The notes beneath the pieces were generated by a model, which did not search any database, was not told the origin of the DNA, and was given only the letters and a program-made list of their open reading frames with translations. A DNA stretch of 64,000 nt, from NCBI RefSeq assembly GCF_009914755.1, contig NC_060932.1; one strand, written 5' to 3'. Both the position numbers and the translations under genes were made by a program. The stretch's first letter is position 1. Each line of letters opens with the position of its first letter. Of this stretch, positions 14,625 to 27,323 are shown in pieces. The DNA is from the human T2T-CHM13v2.0 reference genome, Homo sapiens.

Positions 14625-15172
14625 GGACATATTTGGTTTCTTCACGCATTTGTTCAGCAAGATTAAAAATTAAAAATGTCGTCCAAACAAGAAATAATGA
14701 GTGACCAGCTGTTTAGACAGGTTGCAAAGGACCCGAGATTTTGGGAAATGCCAGAAGAAGATCGAAAAGTCAAAATTCACAGGAGATGTCGAGCCATGTT
14801 TCATGACAAGAAGTTCAAGTTGAACTATGCTGTGGATAAAAGAGGGCGCCCCAATAACCATAGCACTACAGAGGATTTGAAACATTTTTATGACCTTTCA
14901 GATTCTGATTCCAATCTCTCTAATGAAGATAGCAAAGCATTGAAACAAAAGAAAATAAAGAAGATAAAAACCCCAGACTAAAAAAGAAATCGATTTTAAA
15001 AATCTAGTTGAAGAGAAAAAGAAAGAAACCAAGAAAGCTAATCAAAAGGGTTCCGAAAATAAAACTGATTTAAATAATTCTGAAGGAATTAAAATAATTA
15101 AAACCTCGTGTAAATCTAAGATAGAATCAAACATAAGTCTGAAGAAGGATAGCAATGAATTTACACAAAAAA
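14625..15172 (+). pseudogene. ESF1: ESF1 (nucleolar pre-rRNA processing protein) pseudogene fragment: part of the 5'UTR plus about the first 165 codons, with a +1 frameshift near 14970
   Basis: ORF 14676-14981 MSSKQEIMSDQLFRQVAKDPRFWEMPEEDRKVKI...HDKKFKLNYAVDKRGRP matches the ESF1 N-terminus as I recall it; shifted frame continues QTKKEIDFKNLVEEKKKETKKANQKGSENKTDL...NEFTQK. Confidence 0.93.
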
Positions 15173-15663
15173 GTAGAATTTTTCTATTCTATTGTGTATA
15201 GCTGTATCTTATTGCACTTTTAATTTGTATTTCCCTAATGATTGATGATGGTAAGACCTTTTTCAGGTGCTTATTAATGATTCGTACATCTTCCTTTATG
15301 AGAAATACCTATTCAAATATTTTGCCCAGTTTTCATGGAGTATGTATCTTTCTGCTATTTGAGGTACAGGAGTTCTTAATGTATGTTCTGGATATGAGTT
15401 CTCTGCAAATATTTCCTCCCAGTCTGTGGTTTGCTTTTCTTTTTCTTAGTGATGGCCTTAGATGAGCAAAAATTTGTAATTTTGATGAAGTGAAGAGAAT
15501 TCGTTGCTTTGCATAGCAGAAGTTCAGGGGTAGAACTTTTTTTTACTTTGTTGCTTTCTTCAACATCTAGATAAAAGTTTAGCCTCTCTAGTAAGTTCTT
15601 ACTTTCCAATCCTGCTCTACTTTATTTATTTCTTTCAGGGGCCTCAGCTCTATTTTTACTGTG

Positions 15664-16062
15664 TGTCTTACCTAGTCTGTTTGTGCTGCTGTAACAAACA
15701 CCAGAGACTGGGTAATTTATAAATAACAGAAATAAATGTTCTCACAGTTCTAGAGGCTGGGAATCTAAGATCAAGGCACCAGTAGATTTGGTTTCTGTTG
15801 AGGGCCTACTCTCTTTATTCAGCATGGTGCCTTGTTGCTATATCCTCTGGAGGAGACAATCACTGTGTCCTCACATGGTGGAAGGCAGAAGGGCAGAAAG
15901 GGCTTTAAGCCTCTTTATGATAGCACCTGATCACATTCATGGGGGCAAAGCCCTCATGACTCAATCACTTCCCCAAAGGCCCCACCTCTTAATACTGTCA
16001 CAATGGGCCTTAGGTTTCAACATACGAATGTTGAAGGGGACACAAACATTCAAACCATAGCA
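15664..16062 (-). mobile_element. MSTC/D-like solo LTR
   Basis: tagtctgtttgtgctgctgtaacaaa...caaacattcaaaccatagca; TSD ctgtg/ctatg. Confidence 0.85.
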
Positions 16063-16249
16063 CTATGTAATCTGATATTTTCAAACTCCTTTTGTTATTT
16101 TATTTATTCTAATTCTGATACCTTGGTTCCTGGTGGCACTGATATTTTGAGCTAGGAAGCTAAAGTGGTGGAGGGAAAAAAAAACACTTTTGTGCACGTA
16201 GGAGTGAAGGCAGGGGACAAAAAGAGAGAGGCGGAATGTAAGAAAAACT

Positions 16250-16480
16250 TGGACTTTTGAAGAAGAAAACCATGATTTCAAATCCTCTTCCTCAATAATT
16301 ATTGACCTTGAGCAGTCACTGAAATATCTTGATCTCAGAATTGTCACATGTAAGATTTGCATGATAATTCTCAACTAATAAAGTTGCTAAAATTGCATAA
16401 GGTGCCTAGGAAGAACACCAAGTACATTGCTGGCACACAGTAGGCACTTGCAACAAGGATGTATTACTATTATTGCTGTC
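16250..16480 (+). mobile_element. MIR
   Basis: gaccttgagcagtcactgaaatatctt...tggcacacagtaggcact. Confidence 0.6.
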
Positions 16481-16637
16481 ATTATAAAGTTACTGAATCA
16501 TGGAAGATTCATAGATGGCCGGAACTATTAACTTAAGTTTGAAAGGCAAAGGTCATTTACCAAGCAAATCAAATTACCCCACCATCCTTAGCCGCCTCCA
16601 CTTCCCCTGACCCAATCATCTTCCTTCCTCTTCAATC

Positions 16638-16837
16638 AGTGATGTGCTGGTGAATGTTTAACAACTGGCTTTCCAGGGAAGAAAAGTTTTCATTTGTAAC
16701 ATTTGCCTGTTTCCATAAATACCTCCATTATGGTTGATTTCAAACTACCAGTGTGATGTCACTGAATGCAGCATTAGGAAGAGATGCACACAGTCTGTTC
16801 TTCCAAGTGTACATGTGTGGGCTCCAGCAATCCCCTG
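16638..16837 (+). mobile_element. MER63A-like MITE
   Basis: cagtgatgtgctggtgaatgtttaacaactggc...gctccagcaatcccctg (degenerate TIRs). Confidence 0.75.
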
Positions 16838-17453
16838 TCTTCAACTCAACTTGGAGAGGGCACTGTTTTGTTTTAATCATGTAAGTCCCTTCCACTCATT
16901 TGACTTCTCAATTCTGTAATCAGATTAACAATCTAAATAAGGTTTAATTATGCTTCACATGTATACCACCCTACTACACCTCTAGCATCACCACTCAGAA
17001 TCATTAAGTAGCTTTCTTGCAAGGGTCTACATAATTTGGCCTTTCCTAACTCTTCAGAATCATGTCAGACACACTATTCCTTTTCCAAACCCCCAACTTT
17101 CATTCCAGCTATCTTTTTGGCTTATCTTTTGGGTCTCAGCTTAATCAATTCTACAGGAAAGTCTTCCTGAGCTTTTGTCCAACTCCAGTACACAGAATAT
17201 TTCTTTGTTATATTTTTTCACACAAACAGGTTTCTTTCTCAAAGTACTTTCCCATCACTCAATTTTAAGAGTAATTATTGGGTTAATATCTATTGTCCCA
17301 TAGCATGTAAAATCTGCTGCATCAGGGACTGCACCTCTATTTTCTCTAGTACTAGAACCATCCTTGGGAAAGAATCAGTTCTTAATAAAAGGTTTTTGAA
17401 TCAATGCATTTATGAATAAAGTCATTTATTTACATCTATTATATCTAGTTGTT

Positions 17454-17833
17454 TGTATTAGTCCATTCTCATGCTGCTAATAGAGACATACCCGAGACTG
17501 GGTAATTTATAAAGGAAAGATGTTTAATTGACCCACAGTTCAGCATGGCTGGGGAGGCTAAAGGAAACTTACAATCCTGGCAGAAAGGGAAGCAAATACA
17601 TCCTTCTTCACATGGTGGCAGGAAGGAGAAGTGCAGAGTGAAGGAGGGTGGGGAAAGCTCATTAGAAAACCATCAGATCTCATGAGAATGCACTCACTAT
17701 CACAAGAACAGCATAGAGGTAACCACCACCATGATTAAATTACCTCCCGTTGGGTCCCTTCCATGACACATGGGGATTATGGGAACTACAGTTTATGATG
17801 AGATTTGGGTGGGGACACAGCCAAACCACATTA
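17454..17833 (-). mobile_element. THE1C-like solo LTR
   Basis: tgtattagtccattctcatgctgctaatagagacatacccgagactggg...gggacacagccaaacc; TSD ttgtt. Confidence 0.92.
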
Positions 17834-20429
17834 TTGTTCAATATGCATGTTAAATTTACCTAGTATTTATTGGATGCCTACTGTATGCCAGTCCTGTGTT
17901 AGGCATTTAAAAGCATTACTTGTAATTCAACAAAATATGCAATATTCAATTTTTAAATTTATTTATTTGACAAATTGTTTTTGAGGGTCTACAACGTATA
18001 AGATTTTGCATTAGGGGCTTAGACTACAGGCTACTTGGTACAATATTGAACCTAAAATCCTTCAAACAACGAAATGAACTATAATTTATTTAATATGTTT
18101 TAAATAACTCTAAGAAGAACTCTACACCTATAAAATGGTGAAAATCAGTGATGTTTTAAAAATGTGTGGCCTCAATTCACCTACTAATTCACTACTAGTT
18201 TCAAAGGAGGAAAGAAACTAATTTTTTTACTCTTGTTCTAAATGATTTGGGCCATTGAAAAAAGGTATCTTTCTGATTCATGAAAAAGTGATTTGTTCAG
18301 TTTAGCAAAGATATTTTCAAATTTTTTGGTAACTTTGATGACAGATTGTCAGAAAAACAAAAGAGATGAACATGGAGAGTTTAATGGAAGGAATTGAAGT
18401 TACTAAGTCAGAAAGGGTTTGTATTTAGTGCCAAATGTAGCACAGAAGCAAATGTATCAGTGCAAGGACACATTTATCAACTTAACACATAACCATTGTG
18501 TAGCTACATCCCACTTGACTGTAGTGAGCTTCTGCACTCAGTGGTATTGACTGGAATCTCTTTATTTGTTTGTTTTTGGATATGAAAATCTGTGCCCAGT
18601 GCTCAAAAGTTCCTCTTGGTATACCAACCATATCAATTACCAAGCAAAAACAAAGGACAAAGGAAATAAGATAGTAATGACAAAAGACTCAGATCCTTTT
18701 TCTCTGAGGTGGTGTTTCCAATCAATATGGCAGAACTAAGAATGACTTAGAGGTCAGCCATCTGGCCAACACTTTACCCTCAGAGGACATTTTCTGACTT
18801 TCCTTTTCCTTAAGTTCATACAAGCAAGGGGACAGGTGAAATAAATCATACTTCATACTCCCTTTTTCATAATATTTTTATACAGATGAAGTCAGATCAA
18901 CAGAAACATTCATTGAGGGAAAATGGTTTAAATAAAATAGAGAGCATGTTTATAACATGCTAGACACTATTTTACCATATGAGTGGGTTTCTATTTTAGC
19001 CTATACACCCTCACAACACTTACATACCATAGCCAAGTTAGTGAGGTGACATATTAAGTAAAAATTGAAATAAACTACCTGTAGCCTTTTTAAAAACTGA
19101 AATATGTTAAAACTCTTATGTCTTAAGTCATTTTCAGTGAAACCAAAATAATAAACTCATCACAGAGGACCTAAATTTGACCACTGGATATGATGCAAAA
19201 ATTTAGATATGTAAGGTATGAAGGTGGTGCGTAGTATCAGAGAGAGACTTAGGTTATTCTTACTTAACTCATAGGAAATTTATTTACTCAACTCTATAAA
19301 CCAAGGTCAAGAGCTATGGACTTTATAGAATTCCTTACTAGATGTGGGTATTGCTCACTCATATGCTAGAGAGGATTAAAGGGCTTCAGCTAAATAAAAT
19401 GTCTGTGGAAAATTCTCTCATCTTCAGGACTGCATAGGGACTGCGGTGGATGAGTGGGTGTTGGTCCTTGATTTTTCTTTTCTTCTTTTTCACTCTCTCT
19501 TTTCAACTCCATGGTTGGAACTCACAGTACAGGCTATCCTATTTTTTAAAAAGGAATGTTTAGTGCTCTCACGATATTAAACCTAATAGCTTAACACATT
19601 CCATTTGAAATTTTTGTCTCCTTTTTAAAAGACTGTAAGCCTGGACTCAGTGGGTCAAAATTCTAGACAAAGAGCAGACAGGTCTAACACATGGCATTTC
19701 CATTATGGCAACTACATGTACATTATCATGTTCTAGAGAAACCTGCTAAGAATATTCTAAGGTTATTTACAGTTTTTTTTTAAACATTTTCTGGCCTTTG
19801 ACTCAGGTAATAAGTTAATTATGGGCTATGATGAATTAATTTAGTGCAGATTCCTAAGCCTGTGGCATAATGCTATTTCAGGAGTTTAGGAAGAATGACA
19901 TCTTGAAATAGGAAACAATAATTTCCAGTTGTCCTTGAAAAACTGATGTGTTCTGCCTATTACTCACTAACAACCCCTACCATTTAAATTTTTTTTACCC
20001 TTTATTAAGTAAAAACTCAAACATATACAAATAAAATAGGACAGTATAGAAAAACCATTATTTACTCATAACCCAGCTCCAATAATTATTTCTACCTTCT
20101 TATTTCATCTATATTCTTCAATCTACCTCCCACTTCTCCTCCCGATTATTATTATTTTCTGAATTTTTTTTCCACAATTCCTTTGCATTTATAGCTTGAC
20201 TACTAGATACCACCTCTGAATGGTGTGGATGCATGCCTTCTACAAATAGAAATGTAAACATTCTTGCACATACAGAAAGTAAAGATGTGTCATTATCTAG
20301 CTTTAATAGACAATTAGTCTGGCAATGCAATTCCTGCCAAAGAGAAGAACTGCAGAGAACAATTTTGAAAACAAAGTCATTGTTTCTTTCCATTGACTAG
20401 GTTTTAGCCAGCCTAATAGTCCTCCCTCT

Positions 20430-20900
20430 GTTGGGAACACAACCACTTTCTTCTTTGCAGAGCGTATTTCTTGTGGTTCTAGTGGAGGCAGCCCTGTGCT
20501 GCCCAGGATTGAACATGTGATCCAGGTTGTTCAAAGAATTCCTCCATTCCTATGGTAATTAGACATGATTGGCACAGGACATGTGGGCCCTAGGGCAGAG
20601 GCTCATATATTTCAGGAGATATGGGAGACTGGGAGCTATGAGGTCTGTGAACCTGAAGCTAACAGTCATCTTATCAGGGAGAAAAAGCCTGAGAATGAAG
20701 CAATACAGAAGAAAAAGAGGTGGAGACAGAAAGGGAGATGAGAGAGAGAGAGAGAGAGAGAAACAGAGAGAGAGAACACCATTTGGACACTTGCATATAC
20801 AGCTGTGCCTGAAGCACTTCTGAACTTTTCAGATGCGTGAACCAATAAATTTGCTTACACTGGGTCTCTCCATTTAAAACAGAAAGAATCCCAATACAGT
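20430..20900 (+). mobile_element. MLT1K/L-like LTR with (GA)n
   Basis: cagctgtgcctgaagc...cttttcagatgcgtgaaccaataaatt...aacagaaagaatcccaataca. Confidence 0.6.
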
Positions 20901-21059
20901 AAATGTCTTCCAGCATTTTACTGGCCACCAGACATAGATACCACACTGTGAATTCATTTAGCATTCAGCTACCTGGCAACACGTTTCCTATCAGCACTAA
21001 CTGGGGCATGTGCCCCATGTAGGGCCACATACATGAGGAGATGGGATGTCAAGATCGTG

Positions 21060-21545
21060 AGAATCAAGATAGTGAGAATAGCATGTCCAAAAATGAAATC
21101 CTGACCTTTCCTTGCAATATATTTCTCCTTCCATATTTTCCATCCTATAAATGATGTCTCCATTCATCAGTTGCATAAACTGGAAACTTAAGACTTATTC
21201 TTGCTTCTTTCACTCCTTTGCATACCACCAGCAATCTATTACTATGTCTTGCCTGTTCTATCTTCAAAGCACAGCTCAGCTCCATCCACTTCTCTGCATA
21301 TCTGCTGGCTCCACCATACCCAAGCTGTGTCAACACACATGCACTAAAGCAACAGCAGCCTTGATCTCTGTGCTCTATTTCTGTTCCTCTGTAATCCATA
21401 CTCTACCCAGATTGTTTGCTAAAATACCAGATTCTATAACTCTCTGCCTTAAAACCCATCAGTGCCTTTTCATCCCACATAGAATAATTTTCAAACCTCT
21501 TAGAACAGCCTGCAAGGCTCTGTACGACCTAGTCCCTGAATCTTT
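21060..21545 (+). mobile_element. L2 fragment
   Basis: catgtccaaaaatgaaatcctga...ctccatccacttctctgcat...gcaaggctctgtacgacct. Confidence 0.75.
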
Positions 21546-21588
21546 AGTAAACATTAACTGTAAAAAAATAGCTTGCTAGAAAATTATA

Positions 21589-22842
21589 CAGATGAACTGT
21601 GAACCACACAGGTGGGACCACACTGTGTGGGACCTACTACTTATATGCTGCCCCTGAAACAGCAAGATCAATGTCTCCTCTTCTGCCTCCTCCTCAGCCT
21701 ACTCAATGTGAACATAAAGAAGATGAAGACCCTTATGATTATCCACTTCCACTTAACAAATAGTGAATATCTTTACCTTATTATTTCTTAGTAACATTGT
21801 CTTTTTTATCACGCTTACTTTATTTTAAGAATACGGCACATTATTGACATCACTGATAGTAGCTTCTTCCTCAAGTGGCCCACACCAGAAAAGGAAATAG
21901 ATAGAATATTTCATCCAATGACTTAATTTCCTTGTGTTAGACTTGGCATCCCTTCAAGATTTTTAAAAGAGGTAAATAGAGGGAGTAACTCTTTCTGGAA
22001 GTTGAACAAATGGCTCTAAGCCTCCCCTGCTTGCTTGCTATACTAAGTTGTATTTAGAATTTGGTTCTAAGAATTGCCTTCTCTTTTTTTCCCCAATAGG
22101 TTGAGTTCTTTCCTTCTTGCCATTTTTTTTTAAACAAGATAAGGCCTTGCTATGTTGTCCAGGCTGGACTCAAACTCTTGGGCTCAAGCAATCCTCTCTC
22201 CTCAGCCTACCGAGTGGCTGGGCTATAGGTGTGCACCACCACAACCAGATTTTCTGGTTATTTTTAAATTATATAAAACTGGAGGTGATTCAGCCTCCCC
22301 TCACTCACAACACTCCTAACAACTAAGCAGTCTTCCAGCTGCTTCCTGAGCTGGGGGATTGAGGGTAGGTCACTAACTCTCAGTAGCTCCAATGTATGTA
22401 CTCAAACCAGTCTCAGAGCCTTAACAATGGGTAGTGATCTCAGTATGTCTCTTGAGGCAACACACAGTCAAGTCACTTCCTGACAAGTTTTCCCCTGTAA
22501 AAGATAAAGAGTCCTAAAAAAAAATACAGTAAAGAGTGCATATAACATACAAAATATGTATTAATTGACTGCTTATGTTATTAATGAATAGTAAATATAC
22601 TTTCTCTTCCTTATGATTTTCTTAATAACATTTTCTTTTTTCTCTTGCTTGATTATAAAAATACAATATATATACATATAACATACAAAATATATGTTTA
22701 TCAATGTTTATGTTATTAGTAAGGCTTCAAGTCAATGATAGGCTATTAGCAGTAAATTTTGGGGGTGAAACAAAAGTTATACACAGATTTTTGACTGTGT
22801 GGTGGTAAGTGCCCCTAACCCTCATATTATTCGAGTCAACTG
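21589..22842 (+). mobile_element. Tigger2a-like DNA transposon, interrupted and internally duplicated
   Basis: TA|cag...cctcctcctcagcctactcaatgtgaa...gatgaagacccttatgattatccacttccactt...gtcaactg|TA. Confidence 0.85.
22122..22250 (-). mobile_element. FLAM / Alu monomer
   Basis: cttgctatgttgtccaggctggactcaaactcttgggctcaagcaatcctc. Confidence 0.85.
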
Positions 22843-25621
22843 TATATGTTTAAAAGCTTTAGACAATAAAAACTATTGTTAAATATTTAGGAGAATATTG
22901 TTAAATATGTGGAAGCATAAAAACAATTTTTATTGTGAATTTCTATAATCTGGTATAATAATTTAACAACCTTTATGTCAGGTTTCACTGGAGGCAGGTT
23001 CATCACCTTTCATTCCATGGCTGCTAATAACACCTTGACTCCATAGAAGCAACTTGGGTCCACATGTGGGACCAAAGGCAAAGTACTCCATCTTCCTGAC
23101 GAACCAAGTAAGACAGGGCAAACCTAAGCCATTCTGACAAGTTTTGAAATCAGGAATAGAACTATTGATTAAAACTGTGATAAATTCAAATACATGTTTA
23201 GTTTGAAAACCTTGCTAATTCAAATACATAAATTAACTGTGCAAACAAAATTTGTTTTTGTACTTTATAAGCAGTCATGTTAACGTACACGTGCTTGCAT
23301 ACAAAAAATAGACTAGGCGAAAACACATCAAAATGTTCCCTGTGGTCTCTTTCTTGAACGTGGTATTCTTTTTGCATTTCTAATTTTCATTTCAAGCATA
23401 ATTTATACTCATTGTAGAAAGTTTGATTAGACACTCCAGTACCACTCAATGCGGCATTATTATCAGAACATTTAGAAACCTTGGACTCTGGGGTATTAAC
23501 GACCAGTAGCACGTCTCCCCCTCACCAGAATAGGCAAAAATGCTGCCCCACGTTTTCACTTTCCTCAGGTATAACTCCCAGTTAAGAACCACAGAGAGAT
23601 GGCATTATCTGCAGACTTGTTATGCTATGGACATATTCACCTAAGAGAGGCAAATTCATCTATTGTCATGAAGGCAGGATGTTTGTAATCTATGATATGA
23701 GTTTTTCTTATTAGCAGCAATAATAATGAACTGATTGATCAGATTAGTAAAATTGCCATCTTGGACAGCAAAAGATATATTAAAATTAGAAGGTAGTATA
23801 GGGAAAATTTTACAAGCAGAGTGAGACTGTTCCAGGCAAACCAAATATATGGTCACCATAGGCATACAGTGGAACCCTGTATTGAAGGACTCAGATGAAC
23901 AACCAAAGCCATCCTGAATCCCCTGGACCCCTGGAGGTTGGGATTGGGCACAAGGCACAACTGCTGGAGAAAGGTAAAAGATGACCTCTACCTCCTTAAC
24001 CCTTTTGCCCATATTTTCCATACTTAGCATGCAGGACAGAATTCTTAGCCCAGAATCGTAGAACTAGGCAAATGTTAGAAGAATTCAAATAGAAAAATGA
24101 CCATTGCCTTTTTTGCCTGGATGAAAAGCTACTGTTATTTTAGTAACATAATATACTCTTTCCAGACAGATCTCTGAACTCAAAGGCTTCTGAAGACTGA
24201 AAGGGTAAATGCCAGACAGGAAGCTATTCATGAAGAAGGTCAACAAAAATAGGTTAAAGTGCACACCAGCCATTGCTGGAAACTCAAGGCATCTCCAGTG
24301 TTCCTCCCCAGCTCTGACTCCTGTGCTCATCCTAGGTAACAGAGCTCAACGTTCATAACCAAGACTCAAATTCCTTGGTTTTGAATCTCAATTCAATACT
24401 ATATTCCCCAAACCAGTCAAAATCATCATCTACACAAAATGGTGAGATTCACCCATTTAAGATTCCCACCACTAATGTCAACAGAGTTAAATACCAAAAG
24501 CAAAACCTAAACAGTCAGAAAGCCCTTGGATGAATGTGTTAAGGCCCTATTATTATTCAGTTAAATGAGAGTAAGTGTTTTAAATCCAAATTATGAAGTC
24601 ATATTTGTCTACTGATACTCTTCTCCCTCCCCCAGGACATTAAATCATATCTCAACCATTTTGACAATCAGTTAAATATTACAATGAAAAATGAGTTCCA
24701 ACTGTGAGTTCAAAGAAAATATGTGCAGTATATCCAAACTTGGCTCCTATGGAATAGAGTCTTTTTTTCGGAGTTAAGAAGATATAAGAAAATAGTTGAT
24801 AAATAATGACAGCTAATATTAACTGAGCATCTTCTACAAACTGGAGATAGCACTGTTTTACATATGGTATGAGTCTCATTCCACATAGTCAAGAATGCAA
24901 GAAATATATCTGTATTTTTAATAAATCAATGTAAATTTTATTTTAATGCCCATTCCTCTGGCTGGCAGGAACCTTAGTGTCAGTCACTCACTGGCTTTCT
25001 CCTCACCAACCCCAGTGTTGTACTACTGCCTAGGATCATACAAAAAAACAGAGTGGGAGGATTGTTGTGCGCTGATAATGTATCTTCACAGGTCCCACTG
25101 AATTGCATATCCTCCCTACCTGTAGGGCTTCTCAAGTCCCGCAGGGCTTGGCTGCTCCCAGGCCACACATGGGACAGGTGCCGTTGTGAAGGTCTTCTGT
25201 GGTCTCCTCAGCTTGTACTCACCAGGTAGGCACTCCCCCCTCTGGAGTTTTGCTTTCTCTCTGGATGCAGCCAGAAAGGTGCATGAATACCTCCTGCTTT
25301 CAGAATCTACAGACCTCTGTCTGCCCCTCTGGCAGTCACAGGGTTATTTGTGTAAACTGAGGGAAATCTTTCTCCTGCCAAATTTTCCATGTTCTTGCCT
25401 TTTCCATTCCTTTCTTCTTTCTCCGCCCTATGCACAGCCTGTACATTCTCCTATGAGCTTTTGCTTTTGGAAAAATGCATCCAGATAGAGTTCCAGGCTA
25501 CTTTTGCTTCACACCTTCCCCGACCCCAGACAGAAGTAAGTCAAGGGAGCCAGCCACTTGGAAAAGGCAGAAGGAAGAAAGAAGAAAAGGTGAGAAAAAG
25601 TGCAAGGATAAAAATATCTTA

Positions 25622-25928
<307 letters not shown>

Positions 25929-27249
25929 TTTTTTTAAAAATCCAACCTAACATCAAGTCAGCACAGTGACACAAGGTGATATGTGTTACTGTCTCAATGT
26001 TATGAACAGGAGAACTCAAATTCAAAATAATTAAAACAAAGGAATATGATTTTCCCAGGTCACACAACTATTAAGTAGCAGATTGGAAATGTAGCTTTAG
26101 GTCTGATAGGCCCCAAAACGTAAAATCAAACTTGTGGCTTTCGTGATGAAATAGTCTATATCATTAAAATGTGGAATAGATTTATAAGTATCTCATTTAT
26201 TTGGATTATTCTAAGTGTCTACTTGGTGGATTTTTTTTTAATTATGAGAGCAACTTCTTCAGCATTGTTCGAAACTGAAATACAGACATATGTTGAATGC
26301 ATTGCTTTTCAATTTTTTCCTCATGAACTTGACTAAGATTGTATTACCTCCACCAGTATCAACCCAGGAGAAAGTATTTTCAAGGCAGCTTGACAAGTGT
26401 TCATACTGCAGAGGATCTGAACAGGAACAATAGCTCAGTGGGGCGTTGCCTGCCATGACTCTCTTGCCTGCTGGGTTTCTGGCTTTCAGACATTTTGACA
26501 ATGATGTAGTCTTTAATTGGCCTCTTTGCAAATGCCTGCTCCTCACTTTTGACATTAATTGCTAATTAATAGAAGCATGGAAATGTCAGTATATCAGCAT
26601 ACGAGCCAATACCTTAATGTTGAGAAAGTACATAAAAATACAGCTTTTAGATTTGGGATAGGGAAAAAGTAAAAAACTAACCAGTTACAACATCCCTTCT
26701 TCAAACTTGCTCTGATATGGTTACAGAGTCAACTTTCACAAGACCCTCAGTACCTTCCCTTCCCAAGCAAGGTGCTGTGAAACTATTGCCACCCACTACA
26801 AGGCACCCACTCGCCGCCCAAAGTCAGGGGAGATTCATAAGACCTGAAATCACTACTTGTTAAACTTGAGATGCTCTGGGTATAAAATGTAAATGCACAA
26901 ATATCACACACTTGAATGATTTTATTACTTCAGTTTTTGGAACCTGGGATGAGATTTGGTCTTGGCCTTGGAAAGGAGAAGAAACTCCCCCCGGGCCATG
27001 AGCCTAAACCACTTGTCCTGGCTCAGGTCATCAGAGCGCTCCCCACTATAGCAATGAGCCAGACCCCCTCTCATAAGGAAGGGACACTCAAAATTTTCAC
27101 TTGCTTTAATAACTTCCGAAAAATATATTCCTTTGAGAACCTTATGGGGAGAGATGGGTTTGCAAATATTTTTTCTCAATAGCACCCACTAAATAGCAGG
27201 TTGCAGCATCATTTAGTGCTCAGAAAATTAAGAATATATACACATCAAG

Positions 27250-27323
27250 AGCACTTTTCCCATGACTCTTTATTCTGCTGCTCAAAAGCACTTTTCCCAT
27301 GACTCTTTATTCTGCTGCTCAAA
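27250..27323. repeat. Perfect 2 x 37-bp tandem duplication
   Basis: agcacttttcccatgactctttattctgctgctcaaa twice. Confidence 0.98.

Noticed and set aside
21051-21082. Short ~15-bp tandem duplication tcaagat(c/a)gtgagaa
   Set aside because: Ordinary slippage-scale duplication at an L2 edge.
27250-27323. CRISPR-like 37-bp direct repeat
   Set aside because: Two adjacent units with no spacer, in eukaryotic DNA with no cas genes.
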